From the NCBI GenBank assembly GCA_965237905.1, contig OZ250172.1:3008001-3072000 (forward strand): DNA of 64,000 nt, given 5' to 3'. Numbering within the stretch: the first letter of the stretch is position 1; every line of letters begins with the position of its first letter. The notes below the pieces were generated by a model. It was not told the DNA's origin. It ran no database searches and was given only the letters and a program-made list of their open reading frames with translations. This stretch comes from Nitrospinaceae bacterium (GTDB taxonomy: Bacteria > Nitrospinota > Nitrospinia > Nitrospinales > Nitrospinaceae). The translations under genes were made by a program, and so were the position numbers. Positions 63,167 to 64,000 of the stretch are shown here, one piece after another.

Positions 63167-64000
63167 ATGAACCTAATTTTGAATAGTTATTGTAATTTGA
63201 AGTGTAATTACTGCTTCGCTGATGAATACATGGAAGAGACCGTGAAGACCCCCGGGAAATCCATGGATTACGAATTTTTCATTGGGGAAATGTTGCCGCG
63301 GATTAAAAACGTCACCCTCATTAATTTTATGGGCGGGGAGCCGACCCTGCACCCCCAATTCAACGATATTCTTTCCAGCACTTTGAAGACCATGCAACCC
63401 TTCAGTTATCTCGGGGTCTTCACTAATGGATTGATGCCGGAAAAGACTCTGGAGCTATTGCTCAAGACAGTCGGGCCGGAGGGCAGTATCGAGCGTAATA
63501 TCCAATTCTCGATCCTCCTGAACTGGCAGACCATGGAGAACATCAGCGAGCGCAATCATCAACGCTGCCGAGAGGTGGCGGAAGCGATTCTTGGAGAAAA
63601 CGGCTACAGCCTCATGTTCAGCCTCAATTTGTATTCGGTTGAGCAGGACCTTGAAACCCAGTGCCGTGAAATCGACGCCATTTATCAGGACATGGGTTTG
63701 CCGGCAGAGCAGAGTTACAAAATCCGGGTCAGTCCTGCGTTTCCTATTGTGGGGGAAGAGGAGAATGTGACGTTGCCGATCAAGGATTATCCCAGGATGG
63801 GACGCAAGATGATCGACCTTCTCAAGGAGTTTCCGCAGTTGACGTTCCGGTTTGACTGTTCGTTTCCACCCTGTTTGTTAGACAACATCTCGGAGGAAGA
63901 ATATCCCCTGGTGGAGCGGTTTTTTTATCATGCCAACCAACCGGTTCCCAATATCACGGAGTGGAAGGACCAGGATTTATACCTTGGGTGCGCCGATGAC
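63167..64000 (+). CDS. Radical SAM protein (3' end lies outside the window; absent from the ORF track)
   Basis: Translated by hand: MNLILNSYCNLKCNYCFAD...FMGGEPTLHPQF...VFTNG, giving CxxxCxxC and GGEP. Confidence 0.9.
   Translation, partial: MNLILNSYCNLKCNYCFADEYMEETVKTPGKSMDYEFFIGEMLPRIKNVTLINFMGGEPTLHPQFNDILSSTLKTMQPFSYLGVFTNGLMPEKTLELLLKTVGPEGSIERNIQFSILLNWQTMENISERNHQRCREVAEAILGENGYSLMFSLNLYSVEQDLETQCREIDAIYQDMGLPAEQSYKIRVSPAFPIVGEEENVTLPIKDYPRMGRKMIDLLKEFPQLTFRFDCSFPPCLLDNISEEEYPLVERFFYHANQPVPNITEWKDQDLYLGCADD

Overview
Chromosomal window from a Gram-negative bacterium. The gene content (large multicopper-oxidase-family gene, several multiheme c cytochromes including an EB_dh/DOMON fusion, paralogous 'carboxypeptidase-regulatory-like' cupredoxins, tandem DUF3365 heme protein) resembles Nitrospinota/Nitrospirota nitrite oxidisers; this taxonomy is inference only. 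Bases 1-16,000 hold a periplasmic copper/heme redox cluster, followed by a six-gene translationally coupled operon (GT4, putative outer-membrane barrel, LolD/C/E-like ABC, LolA-like) and two atypical pilin-like genes. The rest is mostly housekeeping (moxR/DUF58, udg, argS, rarA, serB, rsmE, scpA, cysE, iscS, cpoB-like, wcaJ-like, kdsB, pyrG, lptF, lipA, proline dehydrogenase, yejABEF-like, ispG, tig, partial radical SAM). The most striking sequence-level pattern is that at least three small cargo cassettes (cupredoxin plus ferritin-like remnant; higBA; two Sel1 genes) are each bracketed by diverged direct repeats of a neighbouring host-gene terminus, with no integrase or transposase in the window. 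The wcaJ-like gene is split by a -1 frameshift at an in-phase A-AAA-AAG heptamer. No rRNA, tRNA, CRISPR array or IS element was recognised.
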